A stretch of DNA of 64,000 nucleotides from Nitrososphaerota archaeon (GTDB taxonomy: Archaea; Thermoproteota; Nitrososphaeria; Nitrososphaerales; Nitrosopumilaceae): NCBI GenBank assembly GCA_028867755.1, contig JAGWFT010000001.1, forward strand, positions 1,060,727 to 1,124,726, given 5' to 3'. This document shows, one piece after another, positions 1 through 10,212 of this stretch (its first letter is position 1; every line of letters starts with the position of its first letter). The notes below the pieces were generated by a model. That model was not told the origin of the DNA. It did no database searches and saw only the letters and a list, made by a program, of their open reading frames with translations. The translations under genes were made by a program, and so were the position numbers.

Positions 1-33
1 ATCAGTTTTATTTAAGAGGGATAAGAAAAAACA

Positions 34-870
34 GTGCAAATTCCATCGAACTCGGCGGATTCTTTTGTAAAATCAATGTCAGAAAAGAGTGAACAGATAC
101 GCTTGTTGTTCCTTGAACATATCAAGAATCTTACCGTCAAGGCACAAGTAAAAGTAATGCTAGGAGATGGCACTGTTTCAGATCAAGAGTCATTTGACCC
201 AGCGGCAGTAAGACAATTTTATGATTCCATTTTAAGAAAATTGCCAGATTGGACAACTGATGGTGTATCAGTCACAACAGATCGAGACCTAAGACGCAGT
301 TTTATCAAGATTGAAGCAAGAGATGGAAATTACATCTTGTCGGCACATATGTCACTTCAGTATCATGCCTTACTTTTCTATAAACTTGACCATGCTGTAC
401 TTGACATACAAAAAGAACTATCAGAAATAAGCGACAAAGTAAAGGAACTTCTGGAGAACATGGCACCACAAAGCGATAGAGCAATAGAAGAAAAATTAAA
501 ACAAAAAGGATATGAGGGCATGGATCAGCAAAAACTCTTCGAAGTTTTATTCGAACATGACGACTTGACACAGGAACTAACAGAATCGCTGAAGTCAAGC
601 CAAAAACAAATTAATGATCTAAAAGAAAGACAGAGTTTTCTTTTCAAAGAACTAGATAATATGTTAATTGAAGTATATCATACAACTCCAGTAATGATCG
701 ATGAGATGAAAATGATTGCTGCAGAAGAAGGTTGTCTGTGTGTTTTCAATTTAGAACATATGAAAAGTAACTCAAGAGAGGGAAATCTTGATCCTGCAAG
801 AATACAACCAAAGATAAAAGATAATTTGCTCAAACATATGGACGATATAGAAAAAGTGTTAAAAATTTAA
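34..870 (+). CDS. Hypothetical protein with coiled-coil C-terminal half
   Basis: 278-aa ORF with long charged helical segments (IQKELSEISDKVKELLE...; QKQINDLKERQ); no recognisable catalytic motif. Confidence 0.7.
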   Translation: MQIPSNSADSFVKSMSEKSEQIRLLFLEHIKNLTVKAQVKVMLGDGTVSDQESFDPAAVRQFYDSILRKLPDWTTDGVSVTTDRDLRRSFIKIEARDGNYILSAHMSLQYHALLFYKLDHAVLDIQKELSEISDKVKELLENMAPQSDRAIEEKLKQKGYEGMDQQKLFEVLFEHDDLTQELTESLKSSQKQINDLKERQSFLFKELDNMLIEVYHTTPVMIDEMKMIAAEEGCLCVFNLEHMKSNSREGNLDPARIQPKIKDNLLKHMDDIEKVLKI

Positions 871-1158
871 AAATTGTTTATATCTTGGTCTTTTTTATCT
901 ATTGATACTTTAGTCAAGGGGCCCATGGAACTGGGACGAGGTGTCTCATAGATATGGGGAGTTGACACCAAGTGACCCCTTGACTTCTTAGATCTGAGAT
1001 CTCAACCAAATGATATTTAGCCTTTTCCAGATCCTTGAAAATTTTAGAAAAAAAGAAACATGCAATGTAATTTTTGCATTAATTGTACCCAAAAAGCAAA
1101 AATGCTCAATATTTTTTGGCCTTGAATTATTTAAGAAACCAAATATACGGTAATCAGA

Positions 1159-2379
1159 GTGAGGATGTTGTTGAATCTAACCTATGATGATATTGTAAAA
1201 TCCCAAAAAATCCAGGGGAGAGTAATACGTAGGACCCCCCTGGAATTATCACGTACTTTTAGCCAGATGACAGGTTCCCAAGTTTACCTAAAATCAGAAT
1301 GTTTGCAAAAAACTGGCTCATTTAAGGTTCGTGGGGCATATGCAAAGATTGCTACTTTGACTGCAGAAGAGAAAAGGAAAGGAGTGATTGCAGCATCGGC
1401 CGGAAACCATGCTCAAGGTGTTGCATTTGCGTCAGCATTAGAAAAAATTCCATGCACGATTGTAATGCCTGTCACTGCATCGCCTGCAAAGGTGTCAGCA
1501 ACTAGATCATATGGTGCAAATGTTGTACTATATGGCACCATTTATGACGAATCATGGTCTAAGGCGCAAGAACTATCAAAAAGAACTGGAGCCACAATAA
1601 TACATGCATTTGATGATGAAACTGTTATCGCAGCACAAGGAGTAATAGGCCTTGAGATAATGCATGATCTTCCAAACGTTGACGAGATCTATGTTCCAAT
1701 AGGAGGCGGCGGTCTTGCAGCTGGAATTTTGAGAGCAGTCAAGTCAAAAAAGCCACATGTCAAAGTCATTGGAGTCCAGTCATCTGCATTTCCAGCGATG
1801 AAGAAATCCTTTGACTCGGGCAAACTTGAAGCAGTGCGAGGACAGAGAACAATCGCAGATGGCATCTCAGTAAAAAAGCCTGGCGAGTCCACATTTAAGA
1901 TAATCAATGAGATGATTGACGATGTAGTTCTAGTGGATGATTCTCAGATTGTCAAGGCCATGTTTCTTTTAATGGAGAGGGCTAAAATGGTAGTAGAGCC
2001 AGCAGGAGCAGTGAGCCTTGCATATCTTCTTGACAAAAAGCCTACCAAAGGAAAGAGAGTGGTCCCAATACTCTCTGGAGGTAATGTTGACATGTACTTG
2101 CTTGGTCAAATAGTTGCCAAAGGTCTAACCGAGATGAGAAGGATGGTCAAGATCTTCATTGTGCTTACTGACAAGCCAGGAGCCCTAAAAGAAGTGGTGG
2201 ATGTGATATCATCCCTAAGCGTGAACATAGTTGAAGTTGTTCATGACAGATTGAGCTCAAACATTCCAGCTGGTACAGCCGGGGTAACTTTGAGTCTAGA
2301 AACTGAGAATCCCAAGCATGCAGAACGCCTCATAGCAAATCTAAGGCAAAGAAACATCATATTCAAGATAGTCACCTGA
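1159..2379 (+). CDS. ilvA: Threonine ammonia-lyase (dehydratase) with a single C-terminal ACT domain
   Basis: PLP lysine motif LQKTGSFKVRG, SAGNHAQG, PIGGGGL, VEPAGA, ACT-like C-terminus (DKPGAL). Confidence 0.93.
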   Translation: MRMLLNLTYDDIVKSQKIQGRVIRRTPLELSRTFSQMTGSQVYLKSECLQKTGSFKVRGAYAKIATLTAEEKRKGVIAASAGNHAQGVAFASALEKIPCTIVMPVTASPAKVSATRSYGANVVLYGTIYDESWSKAQELSKRTGATIIHAFDDETVIAAQGVIGLEIMHDLPNVDEIYVPIGGGGLAAGILRAVKSKKPHVKVIGVQSSAFPAMKKSFDSGKLEAVRGQRTIADGISVKKPGESTFKIINEMIDDVVLVDDSQIVKAMFLLMERAKMVVEPAGAVSLAYLLDKKPTKGKRVVPILSGGNVDMYLLGQIVAKGLTEMRRMVKIFIVLTDKPGALKEVVDVISSLSVNIVEVVHDRLSSNIPAGTAGVTLSLETENPKHAERLIANLRQRNIIFKIVT

Positions 2380-2393
2380 GAGAGTGTCTAGTG

Positions 2394-3647
2394 TTAACCA
2401 CTTTGCCCAGAAACTAGCATGTAAGAATCAAGTGTAATTATCAACATAGTGAAAAACACTGCTACAATTGATGTTATTTTCCTATTTACAAACTGCCCCA
2501 TAATTTTCTTGTTTGTTGTAAATATTACTAATGGGATAATCGCTAATGGTATCAATAGACTGAGTATCACTTGACTGTATACTAGTATCTGTAATGGATC
2601 AAATCCCAAAAATATTGCAACAGTTGTTGGTATGACATTTATGAATCTCGTGACCAATCTCCTAATCCAGACATTGACCTTTCTACCAAGAAACCCTTCC
2701 ATTACCACCTGTCCTGCCAATGTACCTGCCACAGATGAAGCCAGTCCAGAGGACAGTAGTGTGATCAGAAAAATCATGCCAGCTGCAATCCCAAATACTG
2801 GGATGAGGGTCTTGTAAGCGTCTGAAATTGATTCTATCTGAGAGTGTGCTGGGTTGAATGCAACTGCTGACATTATCAAAATTGCCGCATTTATGATACC
2901 AGCTATTGTTAGAACTATGACAGTCTCAGCGAGATGAAATTTTCTCATCTTGTTTTTTGCTTCAATAGTTTTTCCTTGCGCTCTCTCCTTAGTTAGGGAA
3001 GAATGTAGAAATACAACATGCGGCATTACAGTTGCACCAATTATCCCTACTGATACAAACAATGCATGAGCATTTTCAAATCCAGGTACAAGAGAGTGCA
3101 AGACTATTTGTGTAGGATCTGGTCTTGCAGTAAGTATCTCGTACAAATAACCAAAACTTATGATTGAGACAAAAAGTAAAAAGAGTTGTTCAAGAAGACG
3201 AAACCTCCTAGAGGTCAATCCAATGATAACTATTACATCTACTGCACCAAATATTGCAGCATACATTAGAGGTACATTAAACAAGAGATTTAGAGCGATA
3301 ACAGTTCCAAGATACTCTGCAAGATCAGTAGCTGCAACTACAATCTCAGTACTCAGCCAATATGGAATAATGAAAATTCTTCTGCCAAGTTTTTCGCGTA
3401 GTATCTCTGCCAGTGATTTCCCAGTGGCAATGCCCAATTTCCCTGAGAGATATTGAATCAACATGGCCATAGCACTTGATAGCCAGACTATCCAGAGTAG
3501 AGAGTACCCAAAAGATGCACCACCTTGGATATCAGTGCCATAGTTTCCAGGATCCATATATCCAATACTTACAATTAGAGCAGGACCAGAGTATGCGATG
3601 AATCTAGATATTGCATTCCTAGTTTCCACTAGTCGATTGGATATCAT
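2394..3647 (-). CDS. mntH: NRAMP-family Mn2+/Fe2+ transporter
   Basis: YMDPGN (DPGN motif), GATVMPH, about 11 hydrophobic helices. Confidence 0.93.
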   Translation of the reverse strand: MISNRLVETRNAISRFIAYSGPALIVSIGYMDPGNYGTDIQGGASFGYSLLWIVWLSSAMAMLIQYLSGKLGIATGKSLAEILREKLGRRIFIIPYWLSTEIVVAATDLAEYLGTVIALNLLFNVPLMYAAIFGAVDVIVIIGLTSRRFRLLEQLFLLFVSIISFGYLYEILTARPDPTQIVLHSLVPGFENAHALFVSVGIIGATVMPHVVFLHSSLTKERAQGKTIEAKNKMRKFHLAETVIVLTIAGIINAAILIMSAVAFNPAHSQIESISDAYKTLIPVFGIAAGMIFLITLLSSGLASSVAGTLAGQVVMEGFLGRKVNVWIRRLVTRFINVIPTTVAIFLGFDPLQILVYSQVILSLLIPLAIIPLVIFTTNKKIMGQFVNRKITSIVAVFFTMLIITLDSYMLVSGQSG

Positions 3648-3695
3648 GTGTTGTATGAACAGAATTTCTAATATAAAACTTAGCTTAATCTACAT

Positions 3696-3715
3696 AATTT
3701 AGCTTAGCCTAAATT
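3696..3715. promoter_or_regulatory. DtxR/MntR-type operator upstream of mntH
   Basis: AATTTAGCTTAGCCTAAATT: 7-bp inverted repeat; core TTAGCTTAGCCTAA is 13/14 identical to the DtxR half-operator TTAGGTTAGCCTAA; degenerate second copy at 3680-3693. Confidence 0.7.
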
Positions 3716-3763
3716 TGAATGGTAGAAGGGATGTTATTATAGAGAAAATCAAAACGTACCTAG

Positions 3764-4195
3764 TTGACAAGATCAAAACATCAATGGAAAGGTAATTTAC
3801 GTCTTAATTGGACGGATATCGAAACCTGTGTAAAGATTCTTTCAAACAAGATAAGAGACACAGGTTTTGAATTTGAAAAGATTGCCACAGTATCAAGAGG
3901 GGGATTGATTCCTGCCAGATTGATAGCCGACCAATTTGATGTAAAGACAATACTTGTTGACAGGCATAAGATTCCAGCAAAAACACTATTTGTAGATGAT
4001 ATCTATGATTCTGGCAAAACTTTCAGGAAAATCATTTCGCAAGTAAAATCACCTGAAAGTTTTGTGTATGCTACACTAATGGCACGAAACAGGACAAAAT
4101 ATCCAAAACATCTAGTCTATGCAAAAAAAACCAAAGGCATGGAATATGTGGTATTTCCTTGGGACATGATAGAACATGACCTAAAAAATAATTAA
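3764..4195 (+). CDS. Type I phosphoribosyltransferase (purine salvage-like)
   Basis: VSRGGLIPA, PRPP-binding loop LFVDDIYDSGKT, C-terminal YVVFPWD. Confidence 0.85.
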   Translation: MTRSKHQWKGNLRLNWTDIETCVKILSNKIRDTGFEFEKIATVSRGGLIPARLIADQFDVKTILVDRHKIPAKTLFVDDIYDSGKTFRKIISQVKSPESFVYATLMARNRTKYPKHLVYAKKTKGMEYVVFPWDMIEHDLKNN

Positions 4196-4220
4196 TATCG
4201 GCAATAATCATTTAACCAAG

Positions 4221-4673
4221 ATGGCATTTGATGATATTGACACTCTAAGTCTTACATTTGATAAACTACAATACATTTTTAGAGGATATGATGCAATTCT
4301 GAATTCTTTTCTTGAGACAAATGCAGCTTATAGACAAGGAACTGTTTCAGATCGAGAGTTTTTTGACAAAATACAGGAAAGCATAATGCGCTTTTCTGCA
4401 TTAGAGTTTTTATCAATAAAATCTATTTTTGAAATTAAGAAAACACTAAACCGAGGAGTTGTGGCTAAAAATATTACTACGATTGGAGACCAATCTGCTA
4501 CAAGTGCTCGCACCACAAGCCACTCGGTTGCTTCGTTTGTTGTTGCAGGAACTTTACCTAGATCAGACACACAGACAACTATTCCTCAAACCAAGAACAA
4601 GAACTGCATGCAATGCGGAAGTTTGATCAGACAGAATTCAAAGTTTTGTACTAACTGCGGCAATAAGGCTTGA
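4221..4673 (+). CDS. Hypothetical protein with C-terminal zinc ribbon
   Basis: Ends in CMQCG...KFCTNCG. Confidence 0.75.
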   Translation: MAFDDIDTLSLTFDKLQYIFRGYDAILNSFLETNAAYRQGTVSDREFFDKIQESIMRFSALEFLSIKSIFEIKKTLNRGVVAKNITTIGDQSATSARTTSHSVASFVVAGTLPRSDTQTTIPQTKNKNCMQCGSLIRQNSKFCTNCGNKA

Positions 4674-4720
4674 ATTTGTAATGCTCAATAACTGTGCGGT
4701 AAACTGTATTTTGTATATAA

Positions 4721-4922
4721 CTAGGCGCCAGTTTTCATTTGTTTTGATCTGCGCTTTGCTATTGCACCACTTATTATGGAAACAACTAGAAGTGCAAAAG
4801 CTATTTCAGTATAATATTGATAATTTACACTTTTGATATCCATGAATGATACAATGATGAAAACAAATCCAATGGCTGCCAGTACAAAACTTAGAACACC
4901 GAGGCTATTTTTTGACGTGCAT
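4721..4922 (-). pseudogene. Small two-helix membrane protein gene with a +1 frameshift just after the ATG
   Basis: ATG at 4922 reads MHVKK*; the +1 frame is open to TAG 4721 and gives ...NSLGVLSFVLAAIGFVFIIVSF...IAFALLVVSIISGAIAKRRSKQMKTGA*; 202 nt = 67 codons + 1. Confidence 0.5.
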
Positions 4923-5021
4923 TATGTGTAAATTGAGATATATTTCAACACTGCCATACGATTATTTTTGATGGATCTTTATTATAACAATTAATATCAA
5001 CTTCGTACGTAGTGAAAAAAA

Positions 5022-5804
5022 ATGAAAGATAAAGACGCTCGGTCAGGGGCTCAAGTAATGCTAAACAAGGTTCCCGAAATCACGTTGTTTTTTTGGGCAA
5101 TAAAGATCCTATGCACCACGGTTGGTGAAACGGGTGCAGATTTTTTGAATACAAAGTTGAATCTTGGACTAGACGGAGTAACGTTAATCATTGGAACAAT
5201 GCTTGCTGTAGCACTAATCTTTCAATTCAAATTCAAAAAATATGTGCCTGGAATTTACTGGCTTGCAGTTGTTCTAATAAGCATAGTGGGAACCCTCATC
5301 ACAGATAATTTGACTGATAACCTTGGGATATCTTTGATGATCTCTACCATAATCTTCACCGTCTTGCTTTCAATAGTCTTTGCTGTTTGGTATAAGAAAG
5401 AAAAAACATTGTCAATACATACAATCATCACTACAAGAAGAGAGGCGTTTTATTGGCTAGCCATTCTGTTTACATTTGCACTTGGAACCGCTGCAGGGGA
5501 TCTATTAGCTGAGACCATAAACCTTGGCTACCTGCTCTCTGCAATCATTTTTGGTGTTCTAATTGCATCTGTTGCGATAAGTCATTTTGTTTTCAAGGTA
5601 AATGCTATTTTGGCATTTTGGATAGTATACATTCTAACTCGTCCTCTTGGGGCCTCTATAGGTGACTATCTCTCGCAAGATTTGAGTAACGGTGGCCTGG
5701 GATTGGGAACTGTAATAACAAGCATGATTTTCCTTGTTACGATCTTAGCTACAGTCATCTATCTAACGGTAACAAAAAAAGATGTCATTAGGAAACAGAC
5801 TTGA
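5022..5804 (+). CDS. COG4705/DUF347-repeat membrane protein
   Basis: NKVPEITLFFWAIKILCTTVGETGAD and the second repeat REAFYWLAILFTFALGTAAGD; YILTRPLGASIGD. Confidence 0.8.
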   Translation: MKDKDARSGAQVMLNKVPEITLFFWAIKILCTTVGETGADFLNTKLNLGLDGVTLIIGTMLAVALIFQFKFKKYVPGIYWLAVVLISIVGTLITDNLTDNLGISLMISTIIFTVLLSIVFAVWYKKEKTLSIHTIITTRREAFYWLAILFTFALGTAAGDLLAETINLGYLLSAIIFGVLIASVAISHFVFKVNAILAFWIVYILTRPLGASIGDYLSQDLSNGGLGLGTVITSMIFLVTILATVIYLTVTKKDVIRKQT

Positions 5805-5906
5805 ATCATGTAGGCCATAAAGTTAAGTCTCTTCTTTAATTTACTATTCAAGATACGGAAAATGTATTTTAAAAAATGACAGTATATTGTCCTAGATTAA
5901 AAGGGA

Positions 5907-5979
5907 TGGATCGGAAGGGATTTGAACCCCTGACCACTGCAGTGTGAGTGCGGTATCCTACCAGCTAGACCACCGATCC
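5907..5979 (-). tRNA. tRNA-Val(CAC), no intron, CCA not encoded
   Basis: GGATCGG/CCGATCC acceptor stem, anticodon loop CT-CAC-AC, T-loop TTCAAAT, discriminator A; 73 nt. Confidence 0.93.
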
Positions 5980-6104
5980 AAGCCTTCTGGAAAGCATGTA
6001 CCTATTTTGTCTTTGCACAAAACCATTACCTAATCAAGAAAAAGTTTTTCCATTCTCATGAACTTGCTTATATGGCATAAGGTTTAATTCAACAACAAGA
6101 TCAA

Positions 6105-7964
6105 GTGCAGAACATGCGTATATTGCAGCTTCACTGCGATTACATCGAGTTTACTCCAGTTAAAAAAGAAATCAAATCAGCAGAAGAAATCGACCCTCAA
6201 TCAAAACACTTTGATGAAATAGTAGTAGCTTTTGTTGCAGTTGAAGATGGAGACAATTCAGAAGTAGCAAAAAAAGCAATGAATGAAATTTCTGAATCCA
6301 TGAAAAAAGTTGGCTGCGGCAAGCTATTGTTATATCCTTACGCACATCTAAGCTCAAAACTAGCATCACCTAGTACGGCACTATCAATTCTAAAAGAAAT
6401 GGGAGAAAAAAGAGATGGTCTTGAGATCAATAGAGCTCCATTTGGATGGACAAAATCATACAAGATTCAGGTAAAGGGCCACCCACTTGCAGAGAATTCC
6501 AAGACCATTTCAGCTGGCGAGGAAAAAGAATCTACTTCGGAGGCATTAAAGGCAGAATCCAAGATCCAGTCCTTCTGGCACATCATGACACCTGACGGCA
6601 AGATGCATGATATTGACAAGTTTAATTTCGCAAAATATCAGAGTTTAGAGGTTCTTGCAAAATACGAGTCTGCAAAAAAGCGTTCAGTGGATGAGCCTCC
6701 ACCGCATGTAAAACTAATGAAAAAATTAGCTATTGCCGATTATGAACCAGCTTCTGATGCAGGCAATATGCGATTTTTCCCAAATGGCAGGCTAATGAAA
6801 TCGCTCATTGAAAGATATGTTACAGATAAAGTAGTAGAATATGGCGGGTTTGAGGTGGAGACACCCATCATGTATGATTCGCACCACCCAAGCATGGAAA
6901 GTTATTTCAACAGATTTCCTGCAAGACAATACAACGTAAACTCTGAAGGAAAACAGCTCTTCTTGAGGTTTGCAGCATGTTTTGGACAGTTTCTCATGGC
7001 TAAAGACTTTCAAATGTCATACAAGAATCTCCCGCTAAGGTTGTACGAGCTTACTCGCTATAGTTTTAGAAGAGAGCAATCTGGAGAATTAGTGGGACTT
7101 CGAAGACTCAGGGCGTTTACCATGCCAGATTGCCATGCAATGTGTAAGGATATGGAGCAGGCAAAAGAAGAATTTCGAAAAAGATTTGATTTGTCACGCC
7201 AAGTAATCCGAGGTCTTGGAATGAATGAATCAGAGTTTGAGATGGCAATAAGATTTACAGAGGAGTTTTACAACGAAAACAGGCCACTTGTGGAGGAGCT
7301 TGTCAGTAAGATAGGAAAACCAGTGCTAGTAGAGATGTGGAAGGAGAGATTTTTCTATTTTGTTCTCAAATGGGAATTTAACTATGTAGACAGTTCAGGT
7401 AAAGCTTCTGCCCTGTCAACAGACCAAATCGATGTTGAGAATGGCAAGAGGTACAATATTGAGTTCATCGATGAGAACAACAAGCCGCAAAATCCAATCA
7501 TACTACACAACTCTCCAAGCGGGGCAGTAGAGCGTGTGATATATGTATTGCTTGAAAAGGCTGCAAAAGATCAAAGAGAAGGACGAAAGCCTGGGCTGCC
7601 CTTGTGGCTTGCGCCAACTCAGGTAAGAGTAATTCCAGTAAAACCAGAGTTTCTTGACTATTGTGAAAAACTAGCTGAAAAAATATCGCAAAATGATATT
7701 CGGGTAGACTTGGATGACAGAAATGAGAGCGTTGGCAAGAGTATTAGAGATGCAGAAACAGACTGGATAAGATACATCATAGTAATTGGGGAAAAAGAAG
7801 TGAGTGCGACCAAACTAAGTATTAGAGACAGAAAGACTGGAACTGTTAAGGAGCTTGCAGTAGATGAGCTTGTCAAAGAGATCAAAGAGGAGACAAATGG
7901 TATGCCATTTTTGAGGATGAATATGAGTAGATATGTCTCAAAGAGACCTCAGATAATGGTCTAG
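6105..7964 (+). CDS. thrS: Threonine--tRNA ligase, archaeal type with N-terminal editing domain (start may be ATG 6114)
   Basis: MRILQLHCDYIEF, LYPYAHLSS, RAPFGW, motif 2 FRREQSGE...LRAFTMPDCH, LHNSPSGAVER, anticodon-binding C-terminus. Confidence 0.95.
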   Translation: MQNMRILQLHCDYIEFTPVKKEIKSAEEIDPQSKHFDEIVVAFVAVEDGDNSEVAKKAMNEISESMKKVGCGKLLLYPYAHLSSKLASPSTALSILKEMGEKRDGLEINRAPFGWTKSYKIQVKGHPLAENSKTISAGEEKESTSEALKAESKIQSFWHIMTPDGKMHDIDKFNFAKYQSLEVLAKYESAKKRSVDEPPPHVKLMKKLAIADYEPASDAGNMRFFPNGRLMKSLIERYVTDKVVEYGGFEVETPIMYDSHHPSMESYFNRFPARQYNVNSEGKQLFLRFAACFGQFLMAKDFQMSYKNLPLRLYELTRYSFRREQSGELVGLRRLRAFTMPDCHAMCKDMEQAKEEFRKRFDLSRQVIRGLGMNESEFEMAIRFTEEFYNENRPLVEELVSKIGKPVLVEMWKERFFYFVLKWEFNYVDSSGKASALSTDQIDVENGKRYNIEFIDENNKPQNPIILHNSPSGAVERVIYVLLEKAAKDQREGRKPGLPLWLAPTQVRVIPVKPEFLDYCEKLAEKISQNDIRVDLDDRNESVGKSIRDAETDWIRYIIVIGEKEVSATKLSIRDRKTGTVKELAVDELVKEIKEETNGMPFLRMNMSRYVSKRPQIMV

Positions 7965-8046
7965 AATAAGATTCTGCTCAGAAAACTATTGATGCCTTTA
8001 GGATTAATTATAATTTCATTCGAGAGCATAGTTCAATCAAGAAAAC

Positions 8047-8065
8047 TCCTGCGGAACAAGCAGGA
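8047..8065. terminator. GC-rich hairpin between convergent genes, possible minus-strand terminator
   Basis: TCCTGC-N7-GCAGGA, followed on the minus strand by GTTTTCTT. Confidence 0.35.
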
Positions 8066-8138
8066 ATAAAGTTAGATTTAGGTCAGAATAGGATGAAAAT
8101 CTAATTAAATTAGCATCAAAGATGATAAGAGAATAAAA

Positions 8139-8696
8139 TTATGTTATAATGGAATTATCATGCAATATAATCTCAGTACGATCAAAATGTCCTTCCATTC
8201 TATATTGATATTTTTGGTTATTGGTATGACTGGTGTACCAAATTATCAATCCAAAATAACAGGTATTAGAGGATAACATGGCGTTGAGATGAAAACCTTA
8301 CTCATTGGAATGTCTACACCATATGATTCCTGTGGGGCGAGTGGAGCTTCAGTTTTTCCATCAGGAAATCCATCCAATTCAGATGTTTTTAGATTTGATT
8401 CTGTACCATTTTCTACAATTTTCACATAGTACTCAGTTCTAACATTAGTAGCAGGGAGAGAGCCAAAATTTTTGATACGAAATAATGCCTTAGTATGTAA
8501 TTTCATTTGTTCAATATCTTCTTTAGGAAAAGTCATATGCATTCTTGATAATGATGGTCGGTACCTGATTCTCAATTCCTCTTTTAGTAAATTATTAGAT
8601 TGACCAGTTCGTACAGCCGTCACTATGGCTACACTTAAGGTAGCAACAACTAACGCAATCTGTACTCCTAATTCAAATTCACCTATTTTTAATCAC
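8139..8696 (-). pseudogene. Doubly frameshifted membrane-anchored hypothetical gene (includes track ORF 8246..8623)
   Basis: GTG 8696 frame stops after 5 codons; the +1 frame carries a TM helix (IALVVATLSVAIVTAV) and the domain body; the original frame resumes near 8279 (MLSSNTCYFGLIIWY...) to TAA 8139. Confidence 0.5.
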
Positions 8697-8840
8697 CAGT
8701 AGGAAATATACCACATAGAAAATAAGCATATCATCAAAATCCCGATAAGTTAGTGGAAGTATATTTCACAATACTTAATAGATAAACGACAAAAATCAGA
8801 AATTAATTACATTTCATAATGTGTTAAACAGGTTTTCTAG

Positions 8841-9728
8841 TTATTTGTGAGAAAGATTCATGGCTATGACTTCTGCCATCAATTTTGCAGCAATAGAAGC
8901 GGTTGCCCCATTGTCATATGGAGGACATAATTCCACAATATCCATGCATCTAATCGTGTTGTTTTCCATCGCATATACCATGTCAAACAACTCACGTGAT
9001 GTAATGCCAAGCGCCTCTGGGTTTCCAACACCTGGGGCAAATGCAGGGTCAAGTACATCCAAATCGATGCTCAGATATACCCTATCAAATGTCGAGAGGG
9101 CATCTTTTACAAGTTTTGGCCCCTTGCCATCCCTAATGTCTTTATCAGTTACTGTTCTAACCTTATGTTCAGTTTTGAAAGCAAGCTCTTCGCTTACAAA
9201 AGAGCGCGCACCAACATGTACGATATTATCAGCACCACGTTTTTCAATAATTCTTCTAAGATATGCCGCATGACTTAGCTTGATGTCTGCATATTCGTCT
9301 CTTAGATCATAATGTGCGTCAAATACGATATATCCAGTATCTTTTGGAAAGCTCATGTATGTTCCATATGTGATGAGATGCTCGCCACCCAGTATTATGA
9401 GCTGTTTATTGCGCAAGACAAGCTCTGATGTTATCTTTCCTATCATATCAAGCACCTCGGTTGCCACTACAGTGTGTCTTGTATTTCCAAGATCTTCCAC
9501 ATTTACAGATTCCAAATCAACGTTGAACCTATTTGAAAAGATCTCAATGTTGTTAAACGCAAGTCTGATTGCATCAGGACCAAACCTGGTTCCTGGTCTA
9601 AAAGAGTGTGTTGAATCAAATGGAATCCCATATACTATTGCTGAAACATCACCTTTTTCGTTTGGACTAGTAATCAGAGGATTTCGATTCATGTACAAAT
9701 CAGTGAAACTCATCAAAAACGCTGACAT
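8841..9728 (-). CDS. speB: Agmatinase
   Basis: Ureohydrolase motifs GGEHLIT, FDAHYD, SIDLDVLDP...PG. Confidence 0.92.
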   Translation of the reverse strand: MSAFLMSFTDLYMNRNPLITSPNEKGDVSAIVYGIPFDSTHSFRPGTRFGPDAIRLAFNNIEIFSNRFNVDLESVNVEDLGNTRHTVVATEVLDMIGKITSELVLRNKQLIILGGEHLITYGTYMSFPKDTGYIVFDAHYDLRDEYADIKLSHAAYLRRIIEKRGADNIVHVGARSFVSEELAFKTEHKVRTVTDKDIRDGKGPKLVKDALSTFDRVYLSIDLDVLDPAFAPGVGNPEALGITSRELFDMVYAMENNTIRCMDIVELCPPYDNGATASIAAKLMAEVIAMNLSHK

Positions 9729-9956
9729 TATACCTGAGATATAATGTTATGGAAATTGAATTGCAGTATCACAAGTTCTGCAAAAATGTAATCCTGTCAT
9801 GATTACACAGTTGGCGAGAACGCCATGATGGGGTTTAATCGATAGGCCAAAAAATTAACCTACGCGTTCTCGTCACGGTTTATTGCAGGAATTACTATTT
9901 ATTGGTAGATTAACTTGGTTAACTCTGATCTCAAGAGATACATGGTATCAAGAAAA

Positions 9957-10124
9957 TTAGTTCAGGATTAGGGTGCCATCAAGGGTTTCACAGCCTATGT
10001 GAAACTGGGATTCGCTAGGCTTGTTGCATGATCTACATACCATGCTGATCACTTCATTGCATGTACTACAGCGTTGAAATTCTTTCATATCTTCACCGCA
10101 AGTTCTACATGAATCCATTCTCAT
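9957..10124 (-). CDS. 55-aa Cys-rich micro-protein (not in ORF track)
   Basis: Manual translation MRMDSCRTCGEDMKEFQRCSTCNEVISMVCRSCNKPSESQFHIGCETLDGTLILN*: three CxxC plus HxxC. Confidence 0.7.
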   Translation of the reverse strand: MRMDSCRTCGEDMKEFQRCSTCNEVISMVCRSCNKPSESQFHIGCETLDGTLILN

Positions 10125-10212
10125 ATATACAAAATTTACAAAATCCTCTTATAAATTGTATTAATATTAGTCTTGACTAACAGAGTGAAAAATACTTGCT
10201 AAACAGACCACC

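Noticed and set aside
900-1100. Minus-strand remnant resembling a C2H2 finger (ACFFFSKIFKDLEKAKYH)
   Set aside because: Second Cys missing, no start codon, in-frame stops; too degraded to call
9743-9945. Fragmentary Cys-motif frame between speB and the 55-aa protein
   Set aside because: No continuous ORF with a start codon
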